Origin: Solirubrobacterales bacterium
GTDB lineage: Bacteria; Actinomycetota; Thermoleophilia; Solirubrobacterales; Solirubrobacteraceae
NCBI GenBank assembly: GCA_003137075.1
Contig: PLES01000052.1
Coordinates: 10,017 to 74,016 of the forward strand
Direction: 5' to 3'
Length of the DNA: 64,000 bases
Shown: piece by piece, positions 9,674-21,964 of the stretch
Numbering within the stretch: position 1 is the stretch's first letter
Layout: the number at the start of each line of letters is the position of its first letter
The notes under the pieces: model-generated
What the model saw: the letters and a program-made list of their open reading frames with translations, nothing else
The model's database searches: none
What the model was told of the DNA's origin: nothing
Program-made: the position numbers and the translations under genes

Positions 9674-10690
9674 CTACCTCCGGCGCCCGGAGCGCTTCTT
9701 TTTCTTACGCGGCGGTGGCGGCGGAGCGGCGTTCGGGTCGCGCGTGCGGCCGTTGGTGCTACTCGAACCCTTGCTCGAGTTGCCCGAACTCGAGCCAGAG
9801 CCACCGAACAGACCGCGAGCGCGCCCAACCAGGCCCTGCTCGGCCTCCTTGACGTCCTCGACCATCATCGTCGTGTTCGGCATCGGCGGCGGCCCGATGA
9901 TCTGCTTCAACGCGAACTGCTGAACCATCGTCCAGCCGTTGGTCGTAATCCAGTAGACGAGCAGGCCGGCCGGGAAGCGAATGATGAAGAGCACCATGAA
10001 CAGCGGCAGCAACATCATCATCTGGCGCTGCGTCTTGTCCATCGTCGGCGCCGCCATGATCAGCGTCGAAACGGCCTGCGTCCCGACGTAGAGGATCAAC
10101 AGCACGACCAAGGTCGCGCCATGTGCGGTGTTGGTGATGTCGTGGATGAAGAGGAAGCCGGCGCCGGCCACCGGGGCGCCATGGGTGGCGTAAGCGGGAT
10201 TGGTGCAGTACGTCGTCTGGCTCAGAGCTGCGGCGTGCGCGACCTTCTCGGTCACGTGGTTGTGCAGCATGTAAGTCTTGGCGTAGGCCGCCTGGAACTT
10301 TGTCTGGATCGTGCCACAGATGTCCGAACGCAGGTTCTTGCGCAGCATGTAAAACAGCGAGATGAAGACCGGCAACTGCAGGAACATCGGCAGGCAGGAG
10401 GCGAACGGGTTGACGTTGTTCTCCTTGTAGAACTTCATCATCTCCTGCTGCTGGCGCTGCTTGTCCTCCTTGTACTTCTGCTGGATCAGCTTCATCTCTG
10501 GCTGGTGCATCTGCATCCGGCGCATCGAGTGGAACTGCTTGATCGTCAACGGGATCATCACCATCCGCACGCAGATGGTCAGCAAGATGATCGACCAGCC
10601 CCACGACAAGCCGACGCTGTCGTGGAAGAACTTGATCACGTGTGCAAAGACCGTGATCAGCGGCTGGAAGATGTTGGCGTCGAGAAGCAT
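9674..10690 (-). CDS. yidC: Membrane protein insertase YidC
   Basis: 338 aa with SWGWSIILLTICVRMVMIPLTIKQ, MQMHQPEMKLIQQKYK, NPFASCLPMFLQLPVFISLFY and a basic C-terminal tail. Synteny with yidD and rnpA. Confidence 0.9.
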   Translation of the reverse strand: MLLDANIFQPLITVFAHVIKFFHDSVGLSWGWSIILLTICVRMVMIPLTIKQFHSMRRMQMHQPEMKLIQQKYKEDKQRQQQEMMKFYKENNVNPFASCLPMFLQLPVFISLFYMLRKNLRSDICGTIQTKFQAAYAKTYMLHNHVTEKVAHAAALSQTTYCTNPAYATHGAPVAGAGFLFIHDITNTAHGATLVVLLILYVGTQAVSTLIMAAPTMDKTQRQMMMLLPLFMVLFIIRFPAGLLVYWITTNGWTMVQQFALKQIIGPPPMPNTTMMVEDVKEAEQGLVGRARGLFGGSGSSSGNSSKGSSSTNGRTRDPNAAPPPPPRKKKKRSGRRR

Positions 10691-10966
10691 TTAAGAGGCG
10701 CTAGTGGCCGGATTTCGCGACTTGAACAGTCGCTGGGCTTCCACAGGGTCGTAGCCCCCGTGGCTGAACGGGTTGCAACGGAGCACCCGCCACCCGGCCA
10801 ACACAAGCCCGCGCAGTATGCCGAACTTTGTGATCGCCTGCGCGGCGTACTCCGAACAGGACGGGTAATACCGGCAGCGCTCCCCGAGCATCGGCGAGAT
10901 GAGCCGCTGGTAAACGCGGATCGGGACGACCGCAAGAGAACGCGCCGCCGTGGCCACCCGACTCAC
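10691..10966 (-). CDS. yidD: Membrane protein insertion efficiency factor YidD
   Basis: 91 aa with YQRLISPMLGERCRYYPSCSEYA and NPFSHGGYDPV. It overlaps the rnpA stop by 4 nt. Confidence 0.85.
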   Translation of the reverse strand: MSRVATAARSLAVVPIRVYQRLISPMLGERCRYYPSCSEYAAQAITKFGILRGLVLAGWRVLRCNPFSHGGYDPVEAQRLFKSRNPATSAS

Positions 10967-11325
10967 GACGCGAGAGCCTTGTCGATCAAAGTCTTCAGAG
11001 CCTCATGGATCCCGCTTAGCCCTTCGCGCTCTGCCAGGTCATGGGCACCGGCGCGCGCGATCACCACAGCATCACTGCCGACTGGCAGCCGCTCGCACTC
11101 AATCGCAAATGCCTCACGCAGGAGCCGCTTGACGCTGTTGCGCTCGACCGCCCCGCCAACTTTGCGGGACACCGAGAGCCCCAGCCGCGGCGGCTCGTCG
11201 CCACCGCGCGGGAACACGTATAGAACGAGTTCGCGGCCGGCATGAGACCGGCCGCTCCTCATCACACGATCGAAGTCAGCGCTTCTTGATAGTCGCCCAC
11301 GGCGAGGCGAACGTGCGCCCGCCAT
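10963..11325 (-). CDS. rnpA: Ribonuclease P protein component
   Basis: 120 aa basic protein with LGLSVSRKVGGAVERNSVKRLLREAF (RNR-like motif). It lies immediately downstream of rpmH. Confidence 0.85.
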   Translation of the reverse strand: MAGARSPRRGRLSRSADFDRVMRSGRSHAGRELVLYVFPRGGDEPPRLGLSVSRKVGGAVERNSVKRLLREAFAIECERLPVGSDAVVIARAGAHDLAEREGLSGIHEALKTLIDKALAS

Positions 11326-11333
11326 ACGACCAC

Positions 11334-11468
11334 CTACACCGTTAGGCGCTTGCGGCCCTTGTCGCGGCGGCGCTTCAGCACATCACGACCAGCACGTGTG
11401 AGCATCCGCGAACGGAAGCCGTGAGCACGTGCGCGCTTGCGCTTCTTTGGTTGGTAAGTTCTTTTCAT
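11334..11468 (-). CDS. rpmH: 50S ribosomal protein L34
   Basis: [44 protein letters not shown] (44 aa), trimmed from a longer ORF. ATG is the complement of cat at 11466-11468. Confidence 0.95.
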   Translation of the reverse strand: MKRTYQPKKRKRARAHGFRSRMLTRAGRDVLKRRRDKGRKRLTV

Positions 11469-11725
11469 AAGTATTCCTCCCGGCCGAGCCGGGGTTTTCA
11501 GGCAGTATACGCACCAACCGGGGATTCCCGCCGACCACTGCTCTGCGTCGTCCGCACGTTGCTGTAGCGACTCACTCAACGTGGCATCGCTTTTTCCCGC
11601 GCTTTGCGCCAAGCCTCGGCTCAGCATCGAAGATGGCCCGCGGGCCACTGTTATATTCGCCCAACCGGAGCCGACAACTCCGGGCCCTCACGAATACGTA
11701 CCCCAGACTCTCCGTTAGGAGCCGC

Positions 11726-13099
11726 TTGGAGTTGCCTGCGCATCTCGAGCCAACCCCTGCCTGGCAGGACATCAGATCCCAGTTGCGCCGCACCGTAGGG
11801 GAGTCCACCTACGACATCTGGCTGGCGCCGCTTGAGCTGAAGAGTTGGGACGGCTCCGTGCTTGTTCTGCAAGGGAAGCCGGGAACTGACAGTTGGGTAG
11901 CGGATCGCTTCGGTCGTGTCCTCGAGCGCTGCGCGAGACAACGCCTTGGCAACAACGTCAAGGTGGCGTTCGCAGGTGACCCCGCGACCGTGGCCCGCGA
12001 CGCGCTGACGCAGGCGGCGCACATCCACCCCGAGCACCAGCGGGAGCGGTTCAATCCGCGTTACACCTTCAACCAGTTCATCATCGGGGACGGCAACCGC
12101 ATGGCACACGCAGCGGCGCTCGCGGTCGCTGAAGCTCCGGGCCAGACCATCAACCCGTTGTTTCTGCACGCTCCGCCGGGCCTCGGCAAGACCCACCTTC
12201 TGCACGCCATCGGCAACTACATAGGCGAGTTCGACCCGCAGACCAACGTCCGCTACACGACGGTCGAAGCCTTTACCAACGGCTTTATCGCGGCGCTCAA
12301 CGGCAAAGCACTCGCGCGCTTCAAGCATCTCTACAGAGACGTTGACGTGCTGCTTATCGACGATGTTCAATTTCTCGCCAGCAAGGCCAAGACCGAAGAA
12401 GAGTTCTTCCACACCTTCAACGCGATCTACGACTCTGGACGCCAACTCGTCCTGACCTGCGATCGCCTCCCGAGCCAGCTCACGGGCATCGAGCAGCGCC
12501 TGCGCCAGCGATTCGAGGCCGGCCTGGTAGAGCATCTCACCCGTCCCGACCGGGCTACCCGAGTCGCGATCCTGCGCAAGCGCGCCAAGCTCGACAACCT
12601 TGTGGTGGCCGACAGCGCCGTATTTGACCTTCTGGCCGAGCGCATCACTGACAACGTCCGCTCGCTGGAGGGAGCCCTGCAACGTCTTGCTGCCAATCAC
12701 TCGCTGACCGGCAGACCGATCGACCCTGAGCTCGCGCTGGCAGTACTGGGCCAACTTGCACCTCATTCCTCTGACGGATCGCCGAGCGGTCCGCTCACGA
12801 TCGACCAGATCCAGGAGGTGGTTGCGAGTCAGTTCAAGCTCTCAGCGGCTGAGCTTTGCTCGGAGAGCCGCAGGGCATCGGTGGCCTGGCCACGGCAACT
12901 GGCGATCCACCTTTCACGTGAACTGACTGACGCACCGCTTCAGAGGATCGGCGAAGCCTTCGGGGGTCGCAACCACGCAACCGTTCTACATGCCTGTAAG
13001 CGTGTTCAAGAACGCACGACTGTTAACAAAGAAGACGCAGCTGACCTGCAAGCGCTGCTCTCAACTCTCACTGCCAACACCGCCGACCGCGGTTGCTGA
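11726..13099 (+). CDS. dnaA: Chromosomal replication initiator DnaA
   Basis: AAA+ Walker A (LHAPPGLGKTHLLHAIGN), Walker B (LLIDDVQFL), sensor motifs and a C-terminal DNA-binding domain (RRASVAWPRQLAIHLSRELT, GGRNHATVLHACKRV). The start is uncertain: TTG at 11726 or 11732 after AGGAG (11717-11721), while the longest ORF begins at 11633. Confidence 0.9.
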   Translation: MELPAHLEPTPAWQDIRSQLRRTVGESTYDIWLAPLELKSWDGSVLVLQGKPGTDSWVADRFGRVLERCARQRLGNNVKVAFAGDPATVARDALTQAAHIHPEHQRERFNPRYTFNQFIIGDGNRMAHAAALAVAEAPGQTINPLFLHAPPGLGKTHLLHAIGNYIGEFDPQTNVRYTTVEAFTNGFIAALNGKALARFKHLYRDVDVLLIDDVQFLASKAKTEEEFFHTFNAIYDSGRQLVLTCDRLPSQLTGIEQRLRQRFEAGLVEHLTRPDRATRVAILRKRAKLDNLVVADSAVFDLLAERITDNVRSLEGALQRLAANHSLTGRPIDPELALAVLGQLAPHSSDGSPSGPLTIDQIQEVVASQFKLSAAELCSESRRASVAWPRQLAIHLSRELTDAPLQRIGEAFGGRNHATVLHACKRVQERTTVNKEDAADLQALLSTLTANTADRGC

Positions 13100-13208
13100 C
13101 AGACTCAACCGTTGGCTTGAACTGAGACATCGCCCGCTCCATGCGTAGAAATCTTGCCTTTTCCACACATTCTCTTAGACCTATGACTTCTACCTTCCTT
13201 ATGAGGTA
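13100..13208. promoter_or_regulatory. dnaA-dnaN spacer: candidate oriC/DUE segment with one DnaA-box-like 9-mer
   Basis: Locally AT-richer 109 bp spacer. TTTTCCACA at 13159-13167 has 1 mismatch to TTATCCACA. Leading-strand gene orientation switches at rpmH/dnaA. Only one good box was found by eye. Confidence 0.35.
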
Positions 13209-14324
13209 TTGACCGTGAAGATTTCTCTCGACAGGGACGTCCTCCTGGCCCAACTCCAGTCGGTGACTCGCGTCGCCTCAACCCGCAGCGCGATCCAGGC
13301 GCTCTCCGGCGTGCAGCTCGTGGCCGGTACCGGGAGCTGCGAACTACGGGCTACGGATACCGACGTCAGCCTGCGTGTCCCGCTTGACGCCGACGTTGCC
13401 CGCGACGGGACCGTCGTGCTACCGGCACGTCTCTTCCTTGACGTCGTTCGGTCATTGCCCTCTCCTAGCGTCTCGCTCGAGTTGCGGGCTGCACAGCAGG
13501 ACGTCGAGGTCATCTCAGGCAATGCCACCTTCAACATCCGCACGCTTCACGCCGAGGACTTCCCGACCTTTCCAGACCCAGATCTTGACTCTGCGGTCAC
13601 GATCCCCGCCGCCGCATTTGTCGCCACGGCACTGAAGGTCTCCGGTTCGGCCAGCCGCGACGAGACTCGTCCGGTCCTCACCGGGATCCACGTCGCCGCC
13701 TCTGGTACTCAACTGCGTATGGTCGCCACCGACTCCTATCGACTAAGCGTCAAAGAGACGACGCTCGATTCGACGCTCGCGGTTGGCTTCGACGTCAATA
13801 TTCCGGCGCGCGCGCTCCAGGAGCTGGCTCGGATTGCCGCACACGCTGAGGACGAGAACCTGACTGTCAGCGTGCGACAGAACCAGGTCGTCTTCATCCT
13901 CGGCAAGGTTGTGCTCTCCTCTCGGCTGATCGACGGCCAGTTCCCCAATGATCGCCAGCTGATCCCTGAGGCCTTTGAACACGAGCTGCGCATCTCCGGG
14001 CCTGAGCTACGCGACGTTGTGCGGCGGATCAGCCTGCTGGCTCAGAAGAACGCGCCCCTGCGTCTGGCCTTCGCCCCGGGCGAGCTAACCGTCTCGGCGC
14101 AGACACCGGATATCGGCGAGGCGCGCGAGGCGCTGCCGGTGTCGTTCCAAGGCGAGCCCTTCGAGATCGGCTTCAACCCGGAGTTCCTGCGGGACGGCCT
14201 CGATGCGATCGAAGACGGAGACGTGCTCGTCAAACTGATAAGCCCGCTACGTCCAGGGCTGCTCGAGTCCGGCGATGGCAGTGGCTTCGTCTACCTGATC
14301 ATGCCGATCAGGCTGAACGTCTAG
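13209..14324 (+). CDS. dnaN: DNA polymerase III beta sliding clamp
   Basis: 371 aa with a three-domain clamp pattern (ATDSYRLS, LIDGQFPN, GFNPEFLRDGL, PIRL C-terminus). TTG start at 13209, or GTG at 13215. Confidence 0.95.
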   Translation: MTVKISLDRDVLLAQLQSVTRVASTRSAIQALSGVQLVAGTGSCELRATDTDVSLRVPLDADVARDGTVVLPARLFLDVVRSLPSPSVSLELRAAQQDVEVISGNATFNIRTLHAEDFPTFPDPDLDSAVTIPAAAFVATALKVSGSASRDETRPVLTGIHVAASGTQLRMVATDSYRLSVKETTLDSTLAVGFDVNIPARALQELARIAAHAEDENLTVSVRQNQVVFILGKVVLSSRLIDGQFPNDRQLIPEAFEHELRISGPELRDVVRRISLLAQKNAPLRLAFAPGELTVSAQTPDIGEAREALPVSFQGEPFEIGFNPEFLRDGLDAIEDGDVLVKLISPLRPGLLESGDGSGFVYLIMPIRLNV

Positions 14325-14345
14325 CCGACAGCGAAGCGGTGCGGG

Positions 14346-15460
14346 GTGCGCGTCGTCTCCGTCACCCTGCGAGATTTCCGTACGTATGAACGGGCCGCCG
14401 CCCCGCTGGGCGGCGGCTTAACGGTGGTCGTGGGACCCAACGGCGCCGGCAAGACGAATCTGCTCGATGCCATCTACTTCGGCTGCACCGGTCGTTCCTG
14501 TCGCACAGCCAACGATCGTGAGTTGGTTCGTTTCGGTACCCAGACCACCCGGGTCGTCGTGCAGACCGAGGGGCGCGACGGACCACATGAGCTCGCCGTC
14601 GGCTTCACTCCGGGGGAGCCGAAGCAGATGACGGTCGACGGAGCGCCGGTCGAGCGCCTGCTCGACGTCGCGGCTCGGCCGCTTGTGAGCGTGTTCCTGC
14701 CCGATCGACTGGAGCTCGTGAAAGGCGTTCCGGCGCTACGACGCGCGCACCTTGACCAAGTGGTGGCGGCGTTATGGCCGGGTCGGGCACAGAACCGCCG
14801 CTCCTACGCCGAGGCGCTCGCCCAACGCAACGCGCTGCTGGCCAGATTACGGGCCGGCACAGGCTCACGGGCCAGCCTTGAGACCTGGGACCTGCAGCTC
14901 GCGCACGCCGGGCTCGCGCTGATGGCCGACCGCAGGCAGGCGATAGAGATCTCAACGGAGCCCTTCCAAGCGATGTGTGCGCGACTCGGTCTGGACGGGG
15001 ATCCCGGACTTGCCTATCGGCCACGCTCACCCGCGACCGATCCGGACGGGCTGGTCGCCGAGCTGCGGGCGCGGATCGACTCCGATCTCGAGCGGGGGTT
15101 CACCGGCCACGGGCCTCACCGTGACGACTTTTCGCTCACTCGTGATGGCCGGGAGCTACGGACCTATGGATCGCAGGGCCAGCAACGGCTGGGCCTACTC
15201 AGCCTCTTGCTCGCCGAACGGTCAGTCATTGGGCAGTACCGTGAGACCGTGCCGCTGATGCTGCTCGACGATGTGATGAGCGAGTTGGACAAGGACCGCC
15301 GCGCCGCGCTGGTCGAGGTGCTGACCGACGGTGGCGGGCAGTCGCTGATCACCACGACGGACCTCGAGCATGTTCCCGGTGCTGACGAGTCGTCGGTCTC
15401 GCGGATCAGCGCCGGCGACGGGGTCCTCGTGCACGCCGGCGCCGCCCTAGCCGGCCGCTG

Positions 15461-15461
<1 letters not shown>
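14346..15461 (+). CDS. recF: DNA replication and repair protein RecF
   Basis: 371 aa with Walker A GPNGAGKTNLLDAI, signature SQGQQR and Walker B LLDDVMSELD. Confidence 0.9.
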
Positions 15462-18369
<2,908 letters not shown>

Positions 18370-18382
18370 GAGGCCCGCGTAA

Positions 18383-20989
18383 ATGTCAGCGATTGACACC
18401 ATCGGCGGCGGCAACATCGAGCCGCGCAGCCTCGACGAGGAGATGCGCTCCGCGTATCTGGACTACGCCATGTCGGTCATCGTCGGTCGGGCCCTGCCCG
18501 ATGTGCGCGATGGTTTGAAGCCCGTTCACCGCCGTGTTCTGCACGTGATGAACGAGATGGGCTTGAATCCGACCCGCAAGCACGTCAAGTGCGCGCAGAT
18601 CGTCGGCGAGGTCATGGGCAAGTACCACCCGCACGGTGACAGCGCGATCTACGACACGCTCGTGCGCCTCGCCCAGAGCTTCTCAATGCGTTACCGGCTC
18701 GTCGACGGGCACGGCAACTTCGGCAACATCGACGGTTGGCCGGCCGCCGCGATGCGGTACACCGAGGCCCGCCTCGACAAGCTCGCTGCCGAGATGCTGC
18801 GGGACATCGACCAGGACACGGTCGATTTTGTCCCGACCTACGACGGTCAAACGCGCGAGCCACTGGTGCTGCCGGCGCGCTTCCCGAACCTGTTGGTCAA
18901 CGGCAGCTCCGGCATCGCCGTAGGCATGGCCACGAACATCCCGCCGCACAACCTGCGTGAGGTCGTGGCCGCGACGATCGCGTTCATTGATGACCCGCAG
19001 ATCGACCTGGACGGGCTGATGAAGCACGTCACCGGCCCGGACTTCCCCACGGCCGGACTGATCCTTGGCCGCGACGGCATCCGCGACGCCTATGCCACAG
19101 GCCGCGGCCGCGTGCGCGTCCAGGGCAAGGCGCACATCGAGCCGATCGGTCAGGGCAAGGAGGCGATCATCGTCACCGAGCTGCCGTACCAGGTGCGCAA
19201 GGGCGGCGACGGCGGCTTGATGCTGAAGATTCGGGATCTGGTCGCGGAGAAGAAGATCCCCGAGATCAGTGACCTGCGCGATGAGTCTGATCGCCGCGGT
19301 ATGCGGATCGTGATCGAGCTCAAACGTGAGGCGATCCCGAAGGTCGTGCTCAACAAGCTCTACAAGCACACACCGCTGCAGACGACCTTCGGCGTCAACA
19401 TGGTCGCCCTGGTTGACAACGTACCGCGCACGCTCTCCCTGCGTGAGGTGCTGGGTCACTACATCGACCACCAGCGCGAGGTTGTAGTCCGTCGCACCCA
19501 ATATCAGCTGCGCCGGGCCGAGGAGCGTGCCCACGTTCTGGAAGGGCTGCTGATCGCGCTCGACAACCTCGATGAGGTGATCGCGCTGATCCGCGGGTCG
19601 CGTGACCCCGAGGCCGCGCGCATCGGCCTGGTCGAGCGGTTCGAGCTGAGCGTGATTCAGGCCCAGGCGATCCTGCAGCTGACGCTGAGTCGCTTGACGG
19701 CGCTGGAGGCCGACAAGATCAAGCTCGAGCACGCTGACCTGATGGAGCGCATCAAGGAACTGCGGGAGATCCTCGGCAACGAGGCGCTGGTGCTGGGCTT
19801 GATCAAGACGGAACTGGCCGAGATCGCCCAGACCTACGGGGATGAGCGCCGGACCGAGATCACCTACGCAGAGGGCGAGATCGACATTGAGGACCTGATC
19901 GCGGACCAGCAGATGGTCATCTCGATCACGCACTCCGGCTACATCAAGTCGCTGCCGCTCTCCACCTACCGCCAGCAGCACCGTGGCGGTGTTGGTGTGA
20001 CCGGTATGGATACCAAGGACGACGACTACATCGAGCATCTCTTTGTGACGTCGACCCATGACTACCTGCTGTTCTTCACGACCCGCGGCAAGGTCTACCG
20101 GCTCAAGGTCTATGAGCTGCCCGAGCAGTCGCGCACGGCGCGCGGGCGCGCGCTCGTCAACCTCCTGCCGCTGCGTGAGGGCGAGCGGGTTCAGTCGGTG
20201 CTCTCGACACGCGATTTCACAGAGGGCAAGTACCTCGTCTTCGCAACCCGCAACGGGATCGTCAAGAAGACCGAGTTTCTGGCCTACAACACCCCGATCA
20301 AGGCCGACGGCATCATCGCCCTCAACATCCGCGACGACGACGAGTTGATCGCGGTGCGCATCACAACTGGAGATGACGAGATCATCATGGTCTCTCGCTC
20401 GGGGCAGGCTTCGCGCTTCCACGAGGATGAGGTCCGCGCGATGGGCCGCGATACCTCGGGCGTGCGCGGCATGAACGTCAAGCAGAAGGGCAATGCCCTG
20501 CTAGCGATGGACGTGGCCCGTGACGATCAGGAGCTGCTGGTCGTCACGGAGAACGGCTACGGCAAGCGCACGCCGATCTCGGACTACCCGGCCAAGCACC
20601 GCGACACGATGGGCGTAAAGACGATCACGCTCACTGAGAACAAGGGCGCGCTGGCAGGAGCCCTGGTCGTACGTGAGCATCAGGAGCTGGTCTTCATCTC
20701 CCAGAACGGCATGGTGCAACGCACCTCCGTGCGTGGCATCAACCGCTACGGCCGCGCCTCGCAGGGCGTCAAGGTGATGAACATCCGCGACGACGACCAG
20801 GTCAGCGCGGTTGCGCTGGTCGCCGAGTCCGACAGCAGCGATGTGGAGCTCGAGGGCGGCGGCGATGTGCTGGAGGGCGAAGCGCTCACGCTCGAGCCCG
20901 GCGACGGGCCCGCGGTTGACGGTGACGCGACGGCCGTTGAGAGCGATGCGACCGACGTCACTGAGCCGGCTGACGAGACCGACGAGTAG
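18383..20989 (+). CDS. gyrA: DNA gyrase subunit A
   Basis: 868 aa with SVIVGRALPDVRDGLKPVHRR, the QRDR region HPHGDSAIYD, active-site AAMRYTEARL, a C-terminal beta-pinwheel region (repeats not individually resolved by eye) and an acidic tail. Confidence 0.95.
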   Translation: MSAIDTIGGGNIEPRSLDEEMRSAYLDYAMSVIVGRALPDVRDGLKPVHRRVLHVMNEMGLNPTRKHVKCAQIVGEVMGKYHPHGDSAIYDTLVRLAQSFSMRYRLVDGHGNFGNIDGWPAAAMRYTEARLDKLAAEMLRDIDQDTVDFVPTYDGQTREPLVLPARFPNLLVNGSSGIAVGMATNIPPHNLREVVAATIAFIDDPQIDLDGLMKHVTGPDFPTAGLILGRDGIRDAYATGRGRVRVQGKAHIEPIGQGKEAIIVTELPYQVRKGGDGGLMLKIRDLVAEKKIPEISDLRDESDRRGMRIVIELKREAIPKVVLNKLYKHTPLQTTFGVNMVALVDNVPRTLSLREVLGHYIDHQREVVVRRTQYQLRRAEERAHVLEGLLIALDNLDEVIALIRGSRDPEAARIGLVERFELSVIQAQAILQLTLSRLTALEADKIKLEHADLMERIKELREILGNEALVLGLIKTELAEIAQTYGDERRTEITYAEGEIDIEDLIADQQMVISITHSGYIKSLPLSTYRQQHRGGVGVTGMDTKDDDYIEHLFVTSTHDYLLFFTTRGKVYRLKVYELPEQSRTARGRALVNLLPLREGERVQSVLSTRDFTEGKYLVFATRNGIVKKTEFLAYNTPIKADGIIALNIRDDDELIAVRITTGDDEIIMVSRSGQASRFHEDEVRAMGRDTSGVRGMNVKQKGNALLAMDVARDDQELLVVTENGYGKRTPISDYPAKHRDTMGVKTITLTENKGALAGALVVREHQELVFISQNGMVQRTSVRGINRYGRASQGVKVMNIRDDDQVSAVALVAESDSSDVELEGGGDVLEGEALTLEPGDGPAVDGDATAVESDATDVTEPADETDE

Positions 20990-20994
20990 AAGCC

Positions 20995-21015
20995 GCCCGG
21001 CCCGTCTGGCCGGGC
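20995..21015 (+). terminator. Hairpin after the gyrA stop
   Basis: GCCCGGCC-cgtct-GGCCGGGC followed by TTAAA, 6 nt after the TAG. Confidence 0.5.
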
Positions 21016-21024
21016 TTAAATGAC

Positions 21025-21054
21025 GAAGGGGCGCTGTCGACACAGCGCCCCTTC
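21025..21054. terminator. Perfect 13 bp stem hairpin between convergent transcription units
   Basis: GAAGGGGCGCTGT-cgac-ACAGCGCCCCTTC. It could terminate the gyrA read-through or the minus-strand HNH transcript. Confidence 0.55.
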
Positions 21055-21299
21055 GCGACTACTTGGCTGGCATCGCCGCTCTGGATGAAGCACGACGCCG
21101 GAGGGACTAATTCCGGCACCAGAGCGGTGGTGTCTCGGTTGGACTCCGCCTAGGCGGTCAGCCTCCGACCTAGTGGCCGGACACCTCCAGAGTCCCAAAA
21201 ATACTGTCAGACAAGATTGGACCACCTCCTTTCTCTGGTGACGTAAAGGTACACACCTCGGCGGCGGATGGCGCCACCTTGGTTGACCGTGTCGCCAGC

Positions 21300-21929
21300 T
21301 CAGGCGGCGAGGTACTGCTTCCAGGACCCCGGGATCGTGGGGCTTGCGACCTGGATGAAGACGTCAGGGTTCGGCGTCCGCGGTACCTTGGCGAGCTGCA
21401 TGCCCGCCTGGCGAGGCAGCGAGTCTCCCTTGCGCCGGTTGCAGGGAGCGCAGGCAGCGACGATGTTCTCCCAGGTTGAGCCGCCGCCCTTGGAGCGGGG
21501 GATCACGTGATCCACGGTCAGCTGGTTACGCGACCCGCAGTACTGGCAGGTCCAGTCGTCGCGTGCGAACACGGCGCGCCTGGTGATCTTGCGGCGGTGC
21601 GAGTCACGCGGGACGCGCACGTAGGTGACCAGTCGAATCACCATCGGCCTGGTCATCGAACCGTAGGCGGAGTGAAGTTCACGCTCGGAGCGTTCCACCA
21701 TCTCGGCCTTCTCCTTGAGCAACAGCACCACTGCGCGCCGCACCGTGCAGACATTCACCGGTTCGTAAGTCGCATTCAAAACGAGCACCCGACCACCATC
21801 AGGTCCGCGTCGATGGTGCTCAGTGAGCGACGCGGACCGGGGTGGGGCAGGTATTGCCGTAGTGCCCATCGCGGCAAAGGATAACGGTCGGCCGGACGGG
21901 CGAGCCCCGATCGAAAGAGGCTTGGTCAA
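21300..21929 (-). CDS. HNH endonuclease family protein
   Basis: 209 aa with an HNH/zinc-finger core (CQYCGSRNQLTVDHVIPRSKGGGSTWENIVAACAPCNRRKG) and an N-terminal VLVLNATYEPVNV domain. The true start may be internal. Confidence 0.75.
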   Translation of the reverse strand: MTKPLSIGARPSGRPLSFAAMGTTAIPAPPRSASLTEHHRRGPDGGRVLVLNATYEPVNVCTVRRAVVLLLKEKAEMVERSERELHSAYGSMTRPMVIRLVTYVRVPRDSHRRKITRRAVFARDDWTCQYCGSRNQLTVDHVIPRSKGGGSTWENIVAACAPCNRRKGDSLPRQAGMQLAKVPRTPNPDVFIQVASPTIPGSWKQYLAA

Positions 21930-21964
21930 GGCCGTGGCGGTCGAGCCGGACGGCGCCGATAAGC

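Noticed and set aside
21219-21234. GGACCACCTCCTTTCT on the plus strand as the 3' end of a 16S rRNA gene.
   Set aside because: Nothing upstream resembles 16S rRNA (gyrA ends at 20989), and only the terminal 16 nt are similar. It is better read as a strong SD on the opposite strand.
21500-21513. 14 bp palindrome GGATCACGTGATCC within the HNH gene.
   Set aside because: It encodes the catalytic VDHVIP segment on the minus strand, and a palindrome of this length can arise from codon choice. There is no independent evidence of a binding site.
21055-21929. HNH gene plus adjacent structured RNA as an IscB/HEARO (omega-RNA) or TnpB-like RNA-guided module.
   Set aside because: The protein is only 209 aa with no RuvC or bridge-helix segments. 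The RNA lies 3' rather than 5' of the ORF, and no transposon ends were seen. The adjacency is still flagged for testing under the RNA finding.
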